Under the pieces are notes generated by a model, which saw only the letters and a list, made by a program, of their open reading frames with translations, did no database searches and was not told the DNA's origin. A program made the position numbers and the translations under genes. From positions 221,305 through 285,304 of IMG/VR virus record IMGVR_UViG_3300043409_000928: 64,000 bases of DNA; one strand, given 5' to 3'. This document shows positions 34,720-44,899 of the stretch, piece by piece; positions within the stretch are counted from its first letter, which is position 1, and every line of letters starts with the position of its first letter.

Positions 34720-36933
34720 TTAACTAATTTTTAATTCAGTACCATCGCTTGAAACATGGTGTGTATTCAACTCTTCTTTGATGATGCGTTTGGCAATAGG
34801 CAAACGAATTTGTTCATTTATTAATCTCTTCATTGGACGAGCACCCATTGTATCACTATAACCATGTACTGCCAAATAGTCCAATGCACTATCGTCATAT
34901 TCAATACTTTGCTTTTGTTCCGCAAGTTGAGCACGAATTTGTTGCATAAACTTGTCAGCAACACGTCGAATTACTTCCTTGTCTAATCGATTAAACTTAA
35001 CAGTTGCGTCTAAGCGATTGCGGAATTCTGGACTAAAGAACTTCTTAACTGCTTCTTCGTTTGCATCGTTATTCAATGCGCTACCAAAACCAATTACATT
35101 CCGTTCGCTGTCTACTGCACCCAAGTTGCTGGTCATAATAACAAACGCATTGCGGGCACTGGCCTGTTTATTATCACTGCCGGTAATAATACCATTATCC
35201 ATTAAGCCCAGCAAGACCTGGATCACATCTGGGTGAGCTTTTTCAATTTCGTCAAACAGCAATACACAGTTGGGCACACGCTCAAGTTCATTGATAAGCT
35301 TACCAGAGCCAGCTTTGCCTTCGCCGTATCCAACATAGCCTGGCGGACTACCAATCAAGCTGGCAATTTTGTGCGGTTCACGATATTCGCTCATATCAAA
35401 TCGTACAAGTTCCATTCCCAGTCCCAATGCCAATTGTTGGGCAAGTTCTGTTTTACCAGTACCAGTTGGGCCTACAAACAAGAAGTTGGCCATTGGGCGA
35501 TTCACTTCTTTCAATCCTGACTTGGCAATATACACCATGTTCATCAAGCGTTCAATTGCATTGTCTTGACCAAACACATTTGTACGCATACGGCTTTCTA
35601 ATTCTGTGACTGCAACGCCTTTTTGCTCACCCAGTTGTTCCAAAGGAACACGAGTCAAGTCGCTAATTTCTCTGCGAACATGTTCTGCTGTCAGCATTGT
35701 ACCTGCTTCAGTATTTGTGACACGGAGATAAGACATAGCAGAATCGATAATATCAATTGCCTTATCTGGAAGCTTGCGATCTAACATGTACTTCATTGAC
35801 AAGTCAATTGCCAAGTCAATGGTTTCCTCATTGATATCAAGTTTATGGTATTTGGCATACAATGGAGCAATTCGACGCAACATCAATTTGGTTTCTTCAA
35901 CTGTGGGTTCGTTAATGTCAATCTTAGTGAAGCGGCGCAGTAGGGCACGGTCTTTCTCAAAGTGTTCGCGGAACTCTTCGTAGGTGGTACTGCCAACGCA
36001 ACGTAGCTTGCCTTTTTCCAAGCTGGGCTTGAGCATGTTTGCTACATCCATACTGCCTTGGCCACCTGCGCCCGCACCCATGATCATATGAATTTCATCA
36101 ATGAATAAAATTGCATCTTCACGATCTTCAAGAGCTTCCAACACCTGTTGCATACGTTCTTCAAAGTCTCCTCTGTATCGTGTACCAGCCAGTAACTTGC
36201 CAAGGTCTAAACTGTAAATTGTTTTCTTTTTAAGTACTTCCGGGACTTCACCTTTGATGATGGCAACAGCAAGACCTTCTACAATGGCAGTCTTACCAAC
36301 GCCTGGTTCGCCAACCATGATAGCATTGTTTTTCTTCTTGCGAGTAAGTGTCTGTGCAAGACGAAACACTTCTTTTTCTCTGCCAATTAACGGATCAATT
36401 AACGCACTTTCTGCACTCTTATTCAAGTTAGTTGTATACTTGCTAAGAATCTTTTCTCCGCCACGCTGTTTGGCCACTTTGCTTTCTTTACTACGACCAT
36501 CTTTTAGACGACCAATATAGTTAATCAATATTTCTTTTGTAATGCCATTCTTTGCTAAGAAAAAATTGGCATGGCTATTTTTTTCGCTGGAGATGCTGAT
36601 CAGCAGATCCAATGGTTCCATATGACCACGACCTGTAAAGATGGCCTGCGTATAAGCACGATTGAAACAACGCTCTAAGGTTGCAGTTTTGCGTGGCTTG
36701 GTAATACCTTCAACGCGAATGTCTTCTTGCTCTCTTAACCATAGGTCAATGTCATCTTTAAGAGAGTTTACATCAACCTCTAATTCTGTCAAGGCATCTT
36801 TGATTTCATCCTCGTCCAGCATGACTCTAAGTATATGCTCAAGGGTTACATATTCGTGTTCCCTGTTAAGGGCTTCCTGAAATGCCTTGGCAATGACTTC
36901 GTTAATGCGATTGTTGTTTTCTTCTTGACTCAT
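34720..36933 (-). CDS. clpA: ATP-dependent Clp protease ATP-binding subunit ClpA
   Basis: HEYVTLEH N-domain, two Walker A (GEPGVGKT, GPTGTGKTE), FDMSEY, GSPPGYVG. Confidence 0.95.
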   Translation of the reverse strand: MSQEENNNRINEVIAKAFQEALNREHEYVTLEHILRVMLDEDEIKDALTELEVDVNSLKDDIDLWLREQEDIRVEGITKPRKTATLERCFNRAYTQAIFTGRGHMEPLDLLISISSEKNSHANFFLAKNGITKEILINYIGRLKDGRSKESKVAKQRGGEKILSKYTTNLNKSAESALIDPLIGREKEVFRLAQTLTRKKKNNAIMVGEPGVGKTAIVEGLAVAIIKGEVPEVLKKKTIYSLDLGKLLAGTRYRGDFEERMQQVLEALEDREDAILFIDEIHMIMGAGAGGQGSMDVANMLKPSLEKGKLRCVGSTTYEEFREHFEKDRALLRRFTKIDINEPTVEETKLMLRRIAPLYAKYHKLDINEETIDLAIDLSMKYMLDRKLPDKAIDIIDSAMSYLRVTNTEAGTMLTAEHVRREISDLTRVPLEQLGEQKGVAVTELESRMRTNVFGQDNAIERLMNMVYIAKSGLKEVNRPMANFLFVGPTGTGKTELAQQLALGLGMELVRFDMSEYREPHKIASLIGSPPGYVGYGEGKAGSGKLINELERVPNCVLLFDEIEKAHPDVIQVLLGLMDNGIITGSDNKQASARNAFVIMTSNLGAVDSERNVIGFGSALNNDANEEAVKKFFSPEFRNRLDATVKFNRLDKEVIRRVADKFMQQIRAQLAEQKQSIEYDDSALDYLAVHGYSDTMGARPMKRLINEQIRLPIAKRIIKEELNTHHVSSDGTELKIS

Positions 36934-36934
36934 A

Positions 36935-37429
36935 TTACCCTTTGATTTTCCTTAATTTCTTTTGTTGACGTGTTCGTGCAAGTTGCAATCCCAACGCAGA
37001 ACTTTGACTTGTAAATAATACTCCGTTTAAATGGTCTAGCTCATGTATGTAACACCTTGCCAACAAACCTTCAAACTTCTTCTCTATCACTTGACCGTCA
37101 AGTGTAGCATATCTTGCTTGCACCCATAGTGGCCTCTTGATATTTAACCAGAGAGCTGGGTACGATAAACACCCTTCTAAGGCAATATGTTGATCTTCGC
37201 TTGTTTCAACTATTTCAGGATTGATACACACATAGTTTGGGCCCTCTTGTGGTCCCATTACAAACATGCGTACAGACATCCCAACTTGCGGTGCCGCTAA
37301 CCCAATGCCTCCATTGAGCCACATAATCATAAACATCTCTTTGCTTAGGTGTTCTAGGTCAGTGGCAGAGTCAATTGGTGGTATTGTAATTGATAGAATG
37401 GGATGAGTTTCGTTTACAAGTTCAAGCAT
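36935..37429 (-). CDS. def: Peptide deformylase
   Basis: GIGLAAPQVG, EGCLS, HELDHLNG. Confidence 0.95.
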   Translation of the reverse strand: MLELVNETHPILSITIPPIDSATDLEHLSKEMFMIMWLNGGIGLAAPQVGMSVRMFVMGPQEGPNYVCINPEIVETSEDQHIALEGCLSYPALWLNIKRPLWVQARYATLDGQVIEKKFEGLLARCYIHELDHLNGVLFTSQSSALGLQLARTRQQKKLRKIKG

Positions 37430-37438
37430 GTTATTATT

Positions 37439-38233
37439 TTACAGTTTTTCATTGCAAAGGTCAACTACTCGTTTCTCCGCATCAGCCTGGGTCAATGCAG
37501 GGATTTCTACGGCAACTACAATGTATGCATTTCCTCTACGGGTTGATCCTCGTATGTTGAAACCTCTGTTACGTAACCTTATCTGACCACCATGTTGGGT
37601 ACCAGGTGGAATGGCAACTTCTAACAATGTCCCGTCAATGTCAGTTATTTTAATTGACTTGCCTAGCATGGCCTCCCATATTGATATTTTTTTACCAGCA
37701 TACAACTCACCATTGCGCTGATGCCAAATTGGATGCTCTTGTATGTTTACGGTAACATATATGTCTCCGGGCGGTCGGTTTGGGGTCATTGATGTACCTT
37801 CACCTGCGTATCTGATTTTGATATCTTTGGTTGTGCCAGGTGGGAATTTTACAATAAGTTTTTTGTCAATTCCCTCGGGCAGTGAAAATTCAATGGTCTT
37901 GACAAAGCCAGCATGTGCTTCTTCTAGCGAGCACGGAACGCTGAGATTTACATCTGGGTTTCGTATTGCGGCAGGCTCAAAGTGAAAATCAAAATTACCG
38001 GCTCTCCTGCCCATACTAAAGATATCACTTAAATCGGGATGATGTCCAAATCCTTTAGGTTGATTTATTTCGGTAACAATAGTGTCGTATGCTGTTTGTA
38101 TTTCTTGGAATTTTTTAGTGTCACCGCCTTTGTCGGGGTGATGGATTGATGCTAACTTGCGATAAGCTTTTTTTATTTCTTCTTCACTGGCACCTGGATT
38201 TACTCCAAGTATCTTATAATGTTGTATGCCCAT
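37439..38233 (-). CDS. DnaJ/CbpA-type co-chaperone (no Zn finger)
   Basis: J-domain [21 protein letters not shown] and DnaJ C-terminal domain. Confidence 0.88.
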   Translation of the reverse strand: MGIQHYKILGVNPGASEEEIKKAYRKLASIHHPDKGGDTKKFQEIQTAYDTIVTEINQPKGFGHHPDLSDIFSMGRRAGNFDFHFEPAAIRNPDVNLSVPCSLEEAHAGFVKTIEFSLPEGIDKKLIVKFPPGTTKDIKIRYAGEGTSMTPNRPPGDIYVTVNIQEHPIWHQRNGELYAGKKISIWEAMLGKSIKITDIDGTLLEVAIPPGTQHGGQIRLRNRGFNIRGSTRRGNAYIVVAVEIPALTQADAEKRVVDLCNEKL

Positions 38234-38248
38234 GTGCATACTTACCCA

Positions 38249-38533
38249 TTACTTGACCAGGTCAAAAGCCTTCTTTTGTTCAATGTACCATTCATTCCAT
38301 GCATCTAGCTTTGCTGAGCATTCGTGATACTTTGAATAGTTTGAATTGACAATGGTCAGTAGTTCACTCAATTTGACTTCGGGCTTACCAATAATTGTCA
38401 ATGGGCCACACTCCTTTGATATTTCTGCAGGTACTTCGGGAAAATGTCTGCTCACTGGTGTAGTAGTTGAGCAAGCACCCAACATGGACAGCAATGCTGT
38501 GGATAACATTATTTTGGTAAGTATTCTCGCCAT
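38249..38533 (-). CDS. Putative outer-membrane spanin (Rz1-like lipoprotein)
   Basis: Lipobox LGAC; overlaps upstream TM/coiled-coil gene. Confidence 0.6.
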   Translation of the reverse strand: MARILTKIMLSTALLSMLGACSTTTPVSRHFPEVPAEISKECGPLTIIGKPEVKLSELLTIVNSNYSKYHECSAKLDAWNEWYIEQKKAFDLVK

Positions 38534-39042
38534 GATTTCTTAGGTTTAGGTTCTGCGGCCTTGTCGATGTCGCTTGGATTAATTTTTGTACCTGGAGTTA
38601 CTATTGTATCGCCCAGTGCTAGATTTTGTGCTGATGCATCGTGCGCGGTAATAACCGCTGTTGGAATTTTACAAGTGGCATCCGCAGATTTTACTTCTCT
38701 ATCTATGTATTGTACTACAGTATCGCCTTTTTCTTTTATTACTCGTGTTTTAGTTACTACTTTAGTAACAATCTGAGTATTGACTTGTGCAGACTTGGCT
38801 TCAGCCTGTGCCACTTTAATTTCAAGTTCGGCTACTCGAGCTTTCCATTCGGCATCTTTGGCAATGCCGCCTTCATACCATACGCCTACTATTGTTAGTA
38901 AAATACCGGCTACTTGTATGGGCAATGAATACTTGTTGATAACCGGTATCATGCGTAATGCCCAACCAGCCAAGAGGGCCAGCACACCTACAATTAAGAT
39001 TAGGTGAAAAACAGCATCAGGTAACCAGTTCAGTATCCACAT
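38509..39042 (-). CDS. Putative inner-membrane spanin (Rz-like)
   Basis: N-terminal TM helices then coiled coil WKARVAELEIKV and C-terminal CKIP. Confidence 0.6.
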   Translation of the reverse strand: MWILNWLPDAVFHLILIVGVLALLAGWALRMIPVINKYSLPIQVAGILLTIVGVWYEGGIAKDAEWKARVAELEIKVAQAEAKSAQVNTQIVTKVVTKTRVIKEKGDTVVQYIDREVKSADATCKIPTAVITAHDASAQNLALGDTIVTPGTKINPSDIDKAAEPKPKKSWREYLPK

Positions 39043-39049
39043 ACCACTT

Positions 39050-39271
39050 CTATCCTTTGTGCCTAAATGTAATGCGACCTTTAGTCACATCATATGGGCT
39101 CATTTCTACTTCTACATTATCCCCTGGGATAATGGTAATTCTATTTACTCTTAGCTTCCCTGCTAAGTGTCCTAATATTTCCTGTCCCGTTTCCAACTTA
39201 ATAAGGAACTGTGCATTAGGTAATGCTTCGGTCACTTGACCTTTTATCTTAAAACTATCTTCTTTGGCCAC
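39050..39271 (-). CDS. infA: Translation initiation factor IF-1
   Basis: MAKED..GQVTEALPNAQF..LAGKLR..GDNVEVEMSPYDVTKGRITFR. Confidence 0.95.
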   Translation of the reverse strand: MAKEDSFKIKGQVTEALPNAQFLIKLETGQEILGHLAGKLRVNRITIIPGDNVEVEMSPYDVTKGRITFRHKG

Positions 39272-39273
39272 TA

Positions 39274-39762
39274 TTAATACTTAGTTAAATTCTTCATTCT
39301 TGTATAATATTCCCTGCTTTCGGGCGGCAATGCATAAAGCTGTGGGTCTTGTATGATTCTAGCAGAAAGTTCACCAATTGTCAAGTCTGCCCGTTTACCA
39401 TCCATACCAACAAACTTCCATTGTTGTGAGCCTGTTGCATGTTCAACATCCTCAACAATAGTCAGTATTTTTTCACAAACTCCTGGTAACCTTTTTAGTT
39501 CAATGTATACATGAAATTTACCATCTTTATCGCTGGCATCACTTACTTCAACATCGTCAATGCCTGCACCAGACCATTCTAAATAGGCACCTAAATCTTT
39601 GGCTGAAGTGTCTGTGCTTGCTTTGAAACAGACTACTATTGTATCTGCTTCTGCGCCAAGCTTTGGCTTATAGCGGTCAATCTCAATCAGCGGATTAATT
39701 GTATCCTGTAAGTCGCCTGCCCGAAGGCTTTCTTTAAGCTGGTACTTGTGGTGCTTGATCAT
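39274..39762 (-). CDS. Hypothetical phage protein
   Basis: Start placed at MIKHHKYQL; DRYKPKLG motif. Confidence 0.6.
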   Translation of the reverse strand: MIKHHKYQLKESLRAGDLQDTINPLIEIDRYKPKLGAEADTIVVCFKASTDTSAKDLGAYLEWSGAGIDDVEVSDASDKDGKFHVYIELKRLPGVCEKILTIVEDVEHATGSQQWKFVGMDGKRADLTIGELSARIIQDPQLYALPPESREYYTRMKNLTKY

Positions 39763-40297
39763 CAGTTGGATTCTGTGTAGTATTAGCGTCTTCGCTATTG
39801 GTAGAGAGGCCCTGTTCACCATCTAGTTCTTCGCCATATGCTTCATCAACGCTGTCATAGTCAACATCGTCTGTGTCTTTGATTTCTTCACTAACATCAA
39901 GCAGTTGTTTTGGAATACGCAATGTAACCAACCACACAGACTTTTTAACTGTGCGTGGTACTCGCTCTCCTTTGGAGTTGGTTACAATATCTTCTGGGTT
40001 CTCTACTTTGGCAAAGGTATCTAATATATCCTTGCCAAATTTAACTTTACAGCCATTTTTTACCAAACGCATTGCGGCGTCTGGATTGGGCATCATCTTT
40101 GCAGGATACATCAGTGTTAATTCTACCCAATGGCGCTCTACAAATGGCCCGTCTACAATTTCACCCCTAATCCAGTTTTCATAGGCGTACACATCCATGC
40201 GATCAAGGATACGATCAATTTCTATCAATGTGTCAATAACATTGGGACTAGTGTGTGCTCTATCTAGATTTTTATAAATTAAGTCTTGTGTTGGCAT
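39734..40297 (-). CDS. Hypothetical phage protein
   Basis: 187 aa, acidic tail; TAAATA 7 nt upstream of ATG. Confidence 0.65.
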   Translation of the reverse strand: MPTQDLIYKNLDRAHTSPNVIDTLIEIDRILDRMDVYAYENWIRGEIVDGPFVERHWVELTLMYPAKMMPNPDAAMRLVKNGCKVKFGKDILDTFAKVENPEDIVTNSKGERVPRTVKKSVWLVTLRIPKQLLDVSEEIKDTDDVDYDSVDEAYGEELDGEQGLSTNSEDANTTQNPTDDQAPQVPA

Positions 40298-40469
40298 AGT
40301 CAGATATTTAGCCTTTTATAGCCATCCGCCTGCCCAAGTTGGACTGGTTAGTTAAATACTTTTGGTTCAGCGATGAATCAACCCAAGAGAACAGTTGGGT
40401 TGTATAACATGCAAATCTAAACAATTTAATGAAATCAGCCCAACAATACACTTATTGTCAAGGAGCAAG

Positions 40470-41225
40470 ATGAGAAAACAACAAAAACGAGTCCAACAGG
40501 ACCGTAAAGTAGCGTTTGACGGAAACGCAGTCATCGATTTAAATAATTTCAGGGACCGAGAAGAAACTAAACCTTCAAAATACAAACGAGTTGAAATTAC
40601 ACCCCGTAATCTACGCCAAGAAGATTACCTTGCACATTTAGAAAATCCACATAAAGACATGGTGTTTGCACTAGGACCTGCTGGTACTGGTAAAACACTC
40701 ATTGCCACATTGTGGGCTGTTAAACAGCTAAAATCGGGCAGGGCTGAACGCATTGTAATTACCAGACCAGCAGTCAGTGTTGATGAGCAACACGGCTTCC
40801 TACCAGGTGATCTAATGAGTAAAATGGCGCCGTGGACTCGTCCTGTATTTGATGTGTTTCGTGAATACTGGAATGCAAAACAAATAGAAGGTATGATAAC
40901 CGAAGGCACAATAGAAGTTGCTCCTCTAGCCTACATGCGTGGTCGTACATTCAAAGACAGTATTGTTATCGCTGACGAAATGCAAAACGCTACACAAAGT
41001 CAAATGAAAATGTTGCTGACAAGAATCGGTGATAACAGTAAATTTGTTATTACCGGAGATCTTGAACAACACGACCGTGGGTTTGAACAGAATGGACTTA
41101 AAGATTTCTTAGAAAAGATTCTTGATAGTAATCAATCAAACCGTTTGGCAGTTGTTAAGTTTGAGATTGGCCATGTTGAAAGACACCCGGCCGTTGCCCA
41201 AGTTCTAGGAATTTACGGAGATTAA
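40470..41225 (+). CDS. phoH: PhoH family ATPase
   Basis: GPAGTGKT, ITRPAV, GFLPG, YMRGRTF, DEMQN, ITGDLEQ; SD AAGGAG. Confidence 0.93.
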   Translation: MRKQQKRVQQDRKVAFDGNAVIDLNNFRDREETKPSKYKRVEITPRNLRQEDYLAHLENPHKDMVFALGPAGTGKTLIATLWAVKQLKSGRAERIVITRPAVSVDEQHGFLPGDLMSKMAPWTRPVFDVFREYWNAKQIEGMITEGTIEVAPLAYMRGRTFKDSIVIADEMQNATQSQMKMLLTRIGDNSKFVITGDLEQHDRGFEQNGLKDFLEKILDSNQSNRLAVVKFEIGHVERHPAVAQVLGIYGD

Positions 41226-41228
41226 AAA

Positions 41229-41250
41229 TAAGGGGGAGAAATCCCCCTTA
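41229..41250. terminator. Terminator between convergent genes
   Basis: TAAGGGGGA-GAAA-TCCCCCTTA 9-bp stem; U-tract on minus strand. Confidence 0.8.
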
Positions 41251-41261
41251 CTACACAGGTT

Positions 41262-41849
41262 CTAAACTGTTGTGTCATTTATAATTTTGTATGCCTCGTT
41301 CCAGGCATTTACCCTAGACACTAGACCATAGTATGACAAATTATGATTGTTTGTCATTATTAATGGGCGTAATCCATACTTAAATCCAAGCTCGGCATTG
41401 CTGGGTTTGTCTTCAATCCAATACAAGTTTGAATCTGCATAGTCAACCAGCTTTATACCCTTATCACCGTGCAAAGGCAAAATGTGTAGCTCGTCAATGG
41501 CATCTTGTCCAAATACTTGGTCTAAATTACTCTTCCGAAGGCCATAGGTCCAAGGATGATCTCCAGCAGTTGTAATAACAACAATCTTCCAATTCTCATT
41601 TTTCAATCGTGTAATATACTCAACACTATCTTTAAATGGAGTTAGCGATTCAAAGTCACTGGAAGCATTGAACTTGGCAATTAATGCAGATCCTTCTGCT
41701 TGACTAATGTCATATTGTTCACTGGTACTGTACGCATTGACCGCAGTATCTCTTAATCGATATCCTAGTCGTTTTGCAAATGCTCTAAACTTGGTTTCCC
41801 AGTCTAACAGCACACCATCACAATCTGTCAACAGAATCTTATTCGCCAC
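41262..41849 (-). CDS. HAD-family 5'-nucleotidase/phosphatase
   Basis: LTDCDGVLLDW (DxD), WIEDKPSN; GTG start with GGAGAG. Confidence 0.8.
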   Translation of the reverse strand: MANKILLTDCDGVLLDWETKFRAFAKRLGYRLRDTAVNAYSTSEQYDISQAEGSALIAKFNASSDFESLTPFKDSVEYITRLKNENWKIVVITTAGDHPWTYGLRKSNLDQVFGQDAIDELHILPLHGDKGIKLVDYADSNLYWIEDKPSNAELGFKYGLRPLIMTNNHNLSYYGLVSRVNAWNEAYKIINDTTV

Positions 41850-42771
41850 GATACAATCTCTCCAATTCAACAAATGTTGCACTGAGATTAATTTCTGGAT
41901 CACTTGCAAGTCCATGATTTACCATACCTTTACGAATTAGTAATAGTGCTTGGTCTTGTGCATTTTCATCTTTGCCCCACAAGTCTAAATTACGGTACAT
42001 AAAGCGAAACATATCTTGATACTCTTCCAGGCTAATTTGCTTGATGATCAGGTTGCGGGCTTCTCGCAACCTGCCCTGACGGAACAGGTCTACCATTGCA
42101 ATTTTGTAATCACTTTCAGCATCATCCTGCTGTGGCGCATTTAGTTTGCCACTGGTACTACGCATCTGTACAGTATTAATTGCCTTACGTAAATCTGGAT
42201 AACATGCTTTTACATACAGGCTCAATGTGTCAGCGTCAAGGTCAACCCCTTCTGTCACTAAGATTTCTGCCAAGCGTCTAGTGTACTGTGTTTCATCCAG
42301 TGTTCTAAATGCAATAGTTTGTACCCTGCTATGCAACGCTGGAATAATTTTATTTGGGTAGTTACAGGTAAGAATAAATCTAACACCTTCATGGTACTGT
42401 TCCATCATGCCACGCAAGATACCCTGTGCTGGCGGAGTAATGTAATCGGCTTCGTCTAACAGCACTACCTTGAATGGTCCATTGGACATGGTAGTACAGA
42501 AATTGTTGATCCTGTTACGCAAAAAGTCTACACCGTTGTCACGACTTGCATTAATGTGCATGAACTCTGCTAGATCAATTCCTAATTCGTTTACAAGCAC
42601 TTTGGCCAATGTAGTTTTACCTGCGCCAGCACTACCAGCCAATAGCAAGTGCGGAATGTAACCATCCTTAATCCAAGTCTCAACCATATGCTTGGTATCT
42701 TTGTCAATCCACACATAGTCTTGGGTTGACTTAGGACGATATTTTTCTACCCAGATTTCTTTCATTACCAA
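41839..42771 (-). CDS. Sliding clamp loader ATPase subunit (RFC/gp44-like)
   Basis: WVEKYRP, GSAGAGKTT, NASRDNG, LDEAD, FILTCNY, PALHSR. Confidence 0.92.
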   Translation of the reverse strand: MVMKEIWVEKYRPKSTQDYVWIDKDTKHMVETWIKDGYIPHLLLAGSAGAGKTTLAKVLVNELGIDLAEFMHINASRDNGVDFLRNRINNFCTTMSNGPFKVVLLDEADYITPPAQGILRGMMEQYHEGVRFILTCNYPNKIIPALHSRVQTIAFRTLDETQYTRRLAEILVTEGVDLDADTLSLYVKACYPDLRKAINTVQMRSTSGKLNAPQQDDAESDYKIAMVDLFRQGRLREARNLIIKQISLEEYQDMFRFMYRNLDLWGKDENAQDQALLLIRKGMVNHGLASDPEINLSATFVELERLYRGE

Positions 42772-42965
42772 TTACTCACATCTGTTATATCGATCACTGT
42801 GTCTTCTGGATCAAAGGTTTGAAATTTTACCAACAAGCCCAGACCGATTCCAGACTCTGACATCCAACTAAGTTTAAAATCTTGAACTTCTGGATGCAAC
42901 TGCAATAATTCGTTTAACTTTTCAATTTGTTCTCTAGTTAAAACAATTGAGTCTCTCATGCTCAT
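42765..42965 (-). CDS. Hypothetical protein
   Basis: ESGIG..DITDVSNW. Confidence 0.6.
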   Translation of the reverse strand: MSMRDSIVLTREQIEKLNELLQLHPEVQDFKLSWMSESGIGLGLLVKFQTFDPEDTVIDITDVSNW

Positions 42966-43186
42966 ACTGTCTCCTCATTGTTATTTTCTTTTGCGGCCTC
43001 TAGCAGGCGTATAAGCGAGTCTACGCCGGCTTCTGACATGGTCAATGTGGTATATCCCATACGCAGGGTGACGGAACCATCAAGTGTTTTACCAACTTGA
43101 TATACTGGATCATCGTTGTGCTTGGGAGTTTCAACTGTCTTGATCTCTGGCATAGTATATTCTGGCTTTTTAAAAAAATCAAACAT
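42962..43186 (-). CDS. Hypothetical protein
   Basis: Coupled ORF. Confidence 0.6.
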   Translation of the reverse strand: MFDFFKKPEYTMPEIKTVETPKHNDDPVYQVGKTLDGSVTLRMGYTTLTMSEAGVDSLIRLLEAAKENNNEETV

Positions 43187-43190
43187 TGAA

Positions 43191-43424
43191 TTAATATCCT
43201 TTCAGCTTGTCTATTATAACAGTTTCTTTGTGTTCTTGCAACCAGGCGTCTTCTCCATAGAACTCCGAACACTTGTTTAATTGTCTCTGAGTTTCCCAAA
43301 GTATCTCATATAGTTTTTGTTTTTGACCCCATTGGTAATAACCATCCATGCGCGGGTCAGTACAGTTATATCCAAGTTTCTGAATATCCCAGATTATGTC
43401 AGTGAGGCCTACTTCTGAAGACAT
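43191..43424 (-). CDS. Hypothetical protein
   Basis: Coupled ORF. Confidence 0.55.
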   Translation of the reverse strand: MSSEVGLTDIIWDIQKLGYNCTDPRMDGYYQWGQKQKLYEILWETQRQLNKCSEFYGEDAWLQEHKETVIIDKLKGY

Positions 43425-43584
43425 TTTTAATTGCGTTAAAAAGATTAAGGAACCTGGCCTTGTAAGGATCGTTTAGAATTTGATCCACCATGCTAGGGTG
43501 ATGAGGACAGCGGCCTTGCCGCCAATTGCATTGCGGCGAATATATGTCACCGCAGACTGTACAACGAGTAGTTTTAGTTTCCAT
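43399..43584 (-). CDS. Small Cys/His-rich protein (leaderless)
   Basis: CTVC..C..CPHH; promoter 6 nt upstream of ATG. Confidence 0.6.
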   Translation of the reverse strand: METKTTRCTVCGDIYSPQCNWRQGRCPHHPSMVDQILNDPYKARFLNLFNAIKNVFRSRPH

Positions 43585-43590
43585 ACTCTA

Positions 43591-43619
43591 AGTGTAACAC
43601 CTTACGATTAAAAAGTCAA
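43591..43619 (-). promoter_or_regulatory. sigma70 promoter abutting ATG
   Basis: TTGACT-17-TACACT-6nt-ATG. Confidence 0.65.
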
Positions 43620-43620
43620 C

Positions 43621-43995
43621 TTATCTTGCGCCGAAATCTTCCGCAGTGGCCGCATTTGGAGTGGTATCAATTCCAACCCCGACAAATTCATCCTGTGGAT
43701 CTTCATCGGATACAGCCAGTACTTCTTTATTGTCTAGGTGTACCAATTTAAGTGTTTCACCGTTGTGCTCGCATTCAAACTGTCGGCTCCAGCGGCCATG
43801 TGATACCAACACATACTGTCCGGGTGTGACCCAATCAATACCCTCACCTACCAAGCGTACTCTGGCCCAGCGAGGACGAATGCCGCGGTCCTTACCATTT
43901 TCACTTTGAATAATAATTCCACTGGCTGTTACTCGTTGTTCCAATCCCAGCAATTCAGCCAGGACACGTTCTTTCAATGGTCTAATAGTTTTCAT
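43621..43995 (-). CDS. groES: GroES-like co-chaperonin
   Basis: IRPLKERVL..TASGIII..VGEG..PGQYVLV. Confidence 0.85.
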   Translation of the reverse strand: MKTIRPLKERVLAELLGLEQRVTASGIIIQSENGKDRGIRPRWARVRLVGEGIDWVTPGQYVLVSHGRWSRQFECEHNGETLKLVHLDNKEVLAVSDEDPQDEFVGVGIDTTPNAATAEDFGAR

Positions 43996-44393
43996 TATAG
44001 GCTTGTTGGGTTTGTTGGAGTTTTTGGGGCGACTTGTATACTTCCGTCACTGTATTCGGTTTCTATTGATTCAAGCCCATCAACTGTGTTCACTTCTCTA
44101 GTGGCCACTACAGTTGGTTTAAAATTATCTGCTGGAGGACTTGTATTTTGTACAGGGGCAATTGTTTCATCTGCCTTTAGGCTGACTCTTTTACTTTCGT
44201 TGTTTTGTAAATTTGAAACAGCTCTGCTAATAGATTGAGTAGGAATTTTTACATTGCCTTTGGCATCAATCACATCTCCTCGGGCATTCATAGATGTATT
44301 ACCAACTGCTCGAGTATCTCCGTGTTGTTCAGCAAAGGCACTCATGTTAAATTCTCGACCCTTGTGTGTCTTATATCTCGAATTTGCACTCAT
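43995..44393 (-). CDS. Hypothetical protein
   Basis: RAVGNTSMNARGD motif. Confidence 0.6.
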   Translation of the reverse strand: MSANSRYKTHKGREFNMSAFAEQHGDTRAVGNTSMNARGDVIDAKGNVKIPTQSISRAVSNLQNNESKRVSLKADETIAPVQNTSPPADNFKPTVVATREVNTVDGLESIETEYSDGSIQVAPKTPTNPTSL

Positions 44394-44899
44394 CTAATAA
44401 ACTCCTTAATATCTAACTTGTACTTAATCGGATTGATCTGGTGAAGTCCTACCAAGAATAGTAAAAACGAGCTAACTGAACTGCCTCGACCAACTCCCCA
44501 AACAATTTTATTTTCTTTCATTGCATCTACCAGGTAAATCATAAATCTTAGCATGACATCCATATTTCTTTCCCGAAATAAGGCCAACTCATCTGACACT
44601 CGAACAGCCTCTTCTATGGTATTGACTTTTTGAGCAAAGTAAGTGTCTAAATCTAATTCTTTGTAGTAATTTGGCATGGACCAATTGCCAACTGCTTCTT
44701 CTATTGAATCTGGCAGTTCTTTTACTTTAAAAATAGCAGGTTGACCAATATCTGCACAGCCTTCCGTATATCGGGCAAGCAATACTGCACCAACTGTCAA
44801 TTCGCCAGCTTTGTCTTGGTACAGTAATTCTACCAAGTCGTGTTCTGATAAACTAGTTGTTGGCATATTAAACAATGCTGTCTTTAAATTGGTCGCCAT
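44390..44899 (-). CDS. dnaE: Stand-alone fragment of DNA polymerase III alpha-like polymerase
   Basis: WGVGRGSSVSSFLLFLVGLHQINPIKYKLDIKEF matches DnaE GPGRGS..IT.vDP.ky.L.FERF segment. Confidence 0.65.
   Translation of the reverse strand: MATNLKTALFNMPTTSLSEHDLVELLYQDKAGELTVGAVLLARYTEGCADIGQPAIFKVKELPDSIEEAVGNWSMPNYYKELDLDTYFAQKVNTIEEAVRVSDELALFRERNMDVMLRFMIYLVDAMKENKIVWGVGRGSSVSSFLLFLVGLHQINPIKYKLDIKEFIR

Noticed and set aside
862-43909. Many plus-strand ORFs in the track (e.g. 862-1470, 31599-32519, 34102-34587, 13788-14384)
   Set aside because: Antisense shadows of well-supported minus-strand genes, with no motifs, SD or promoter.
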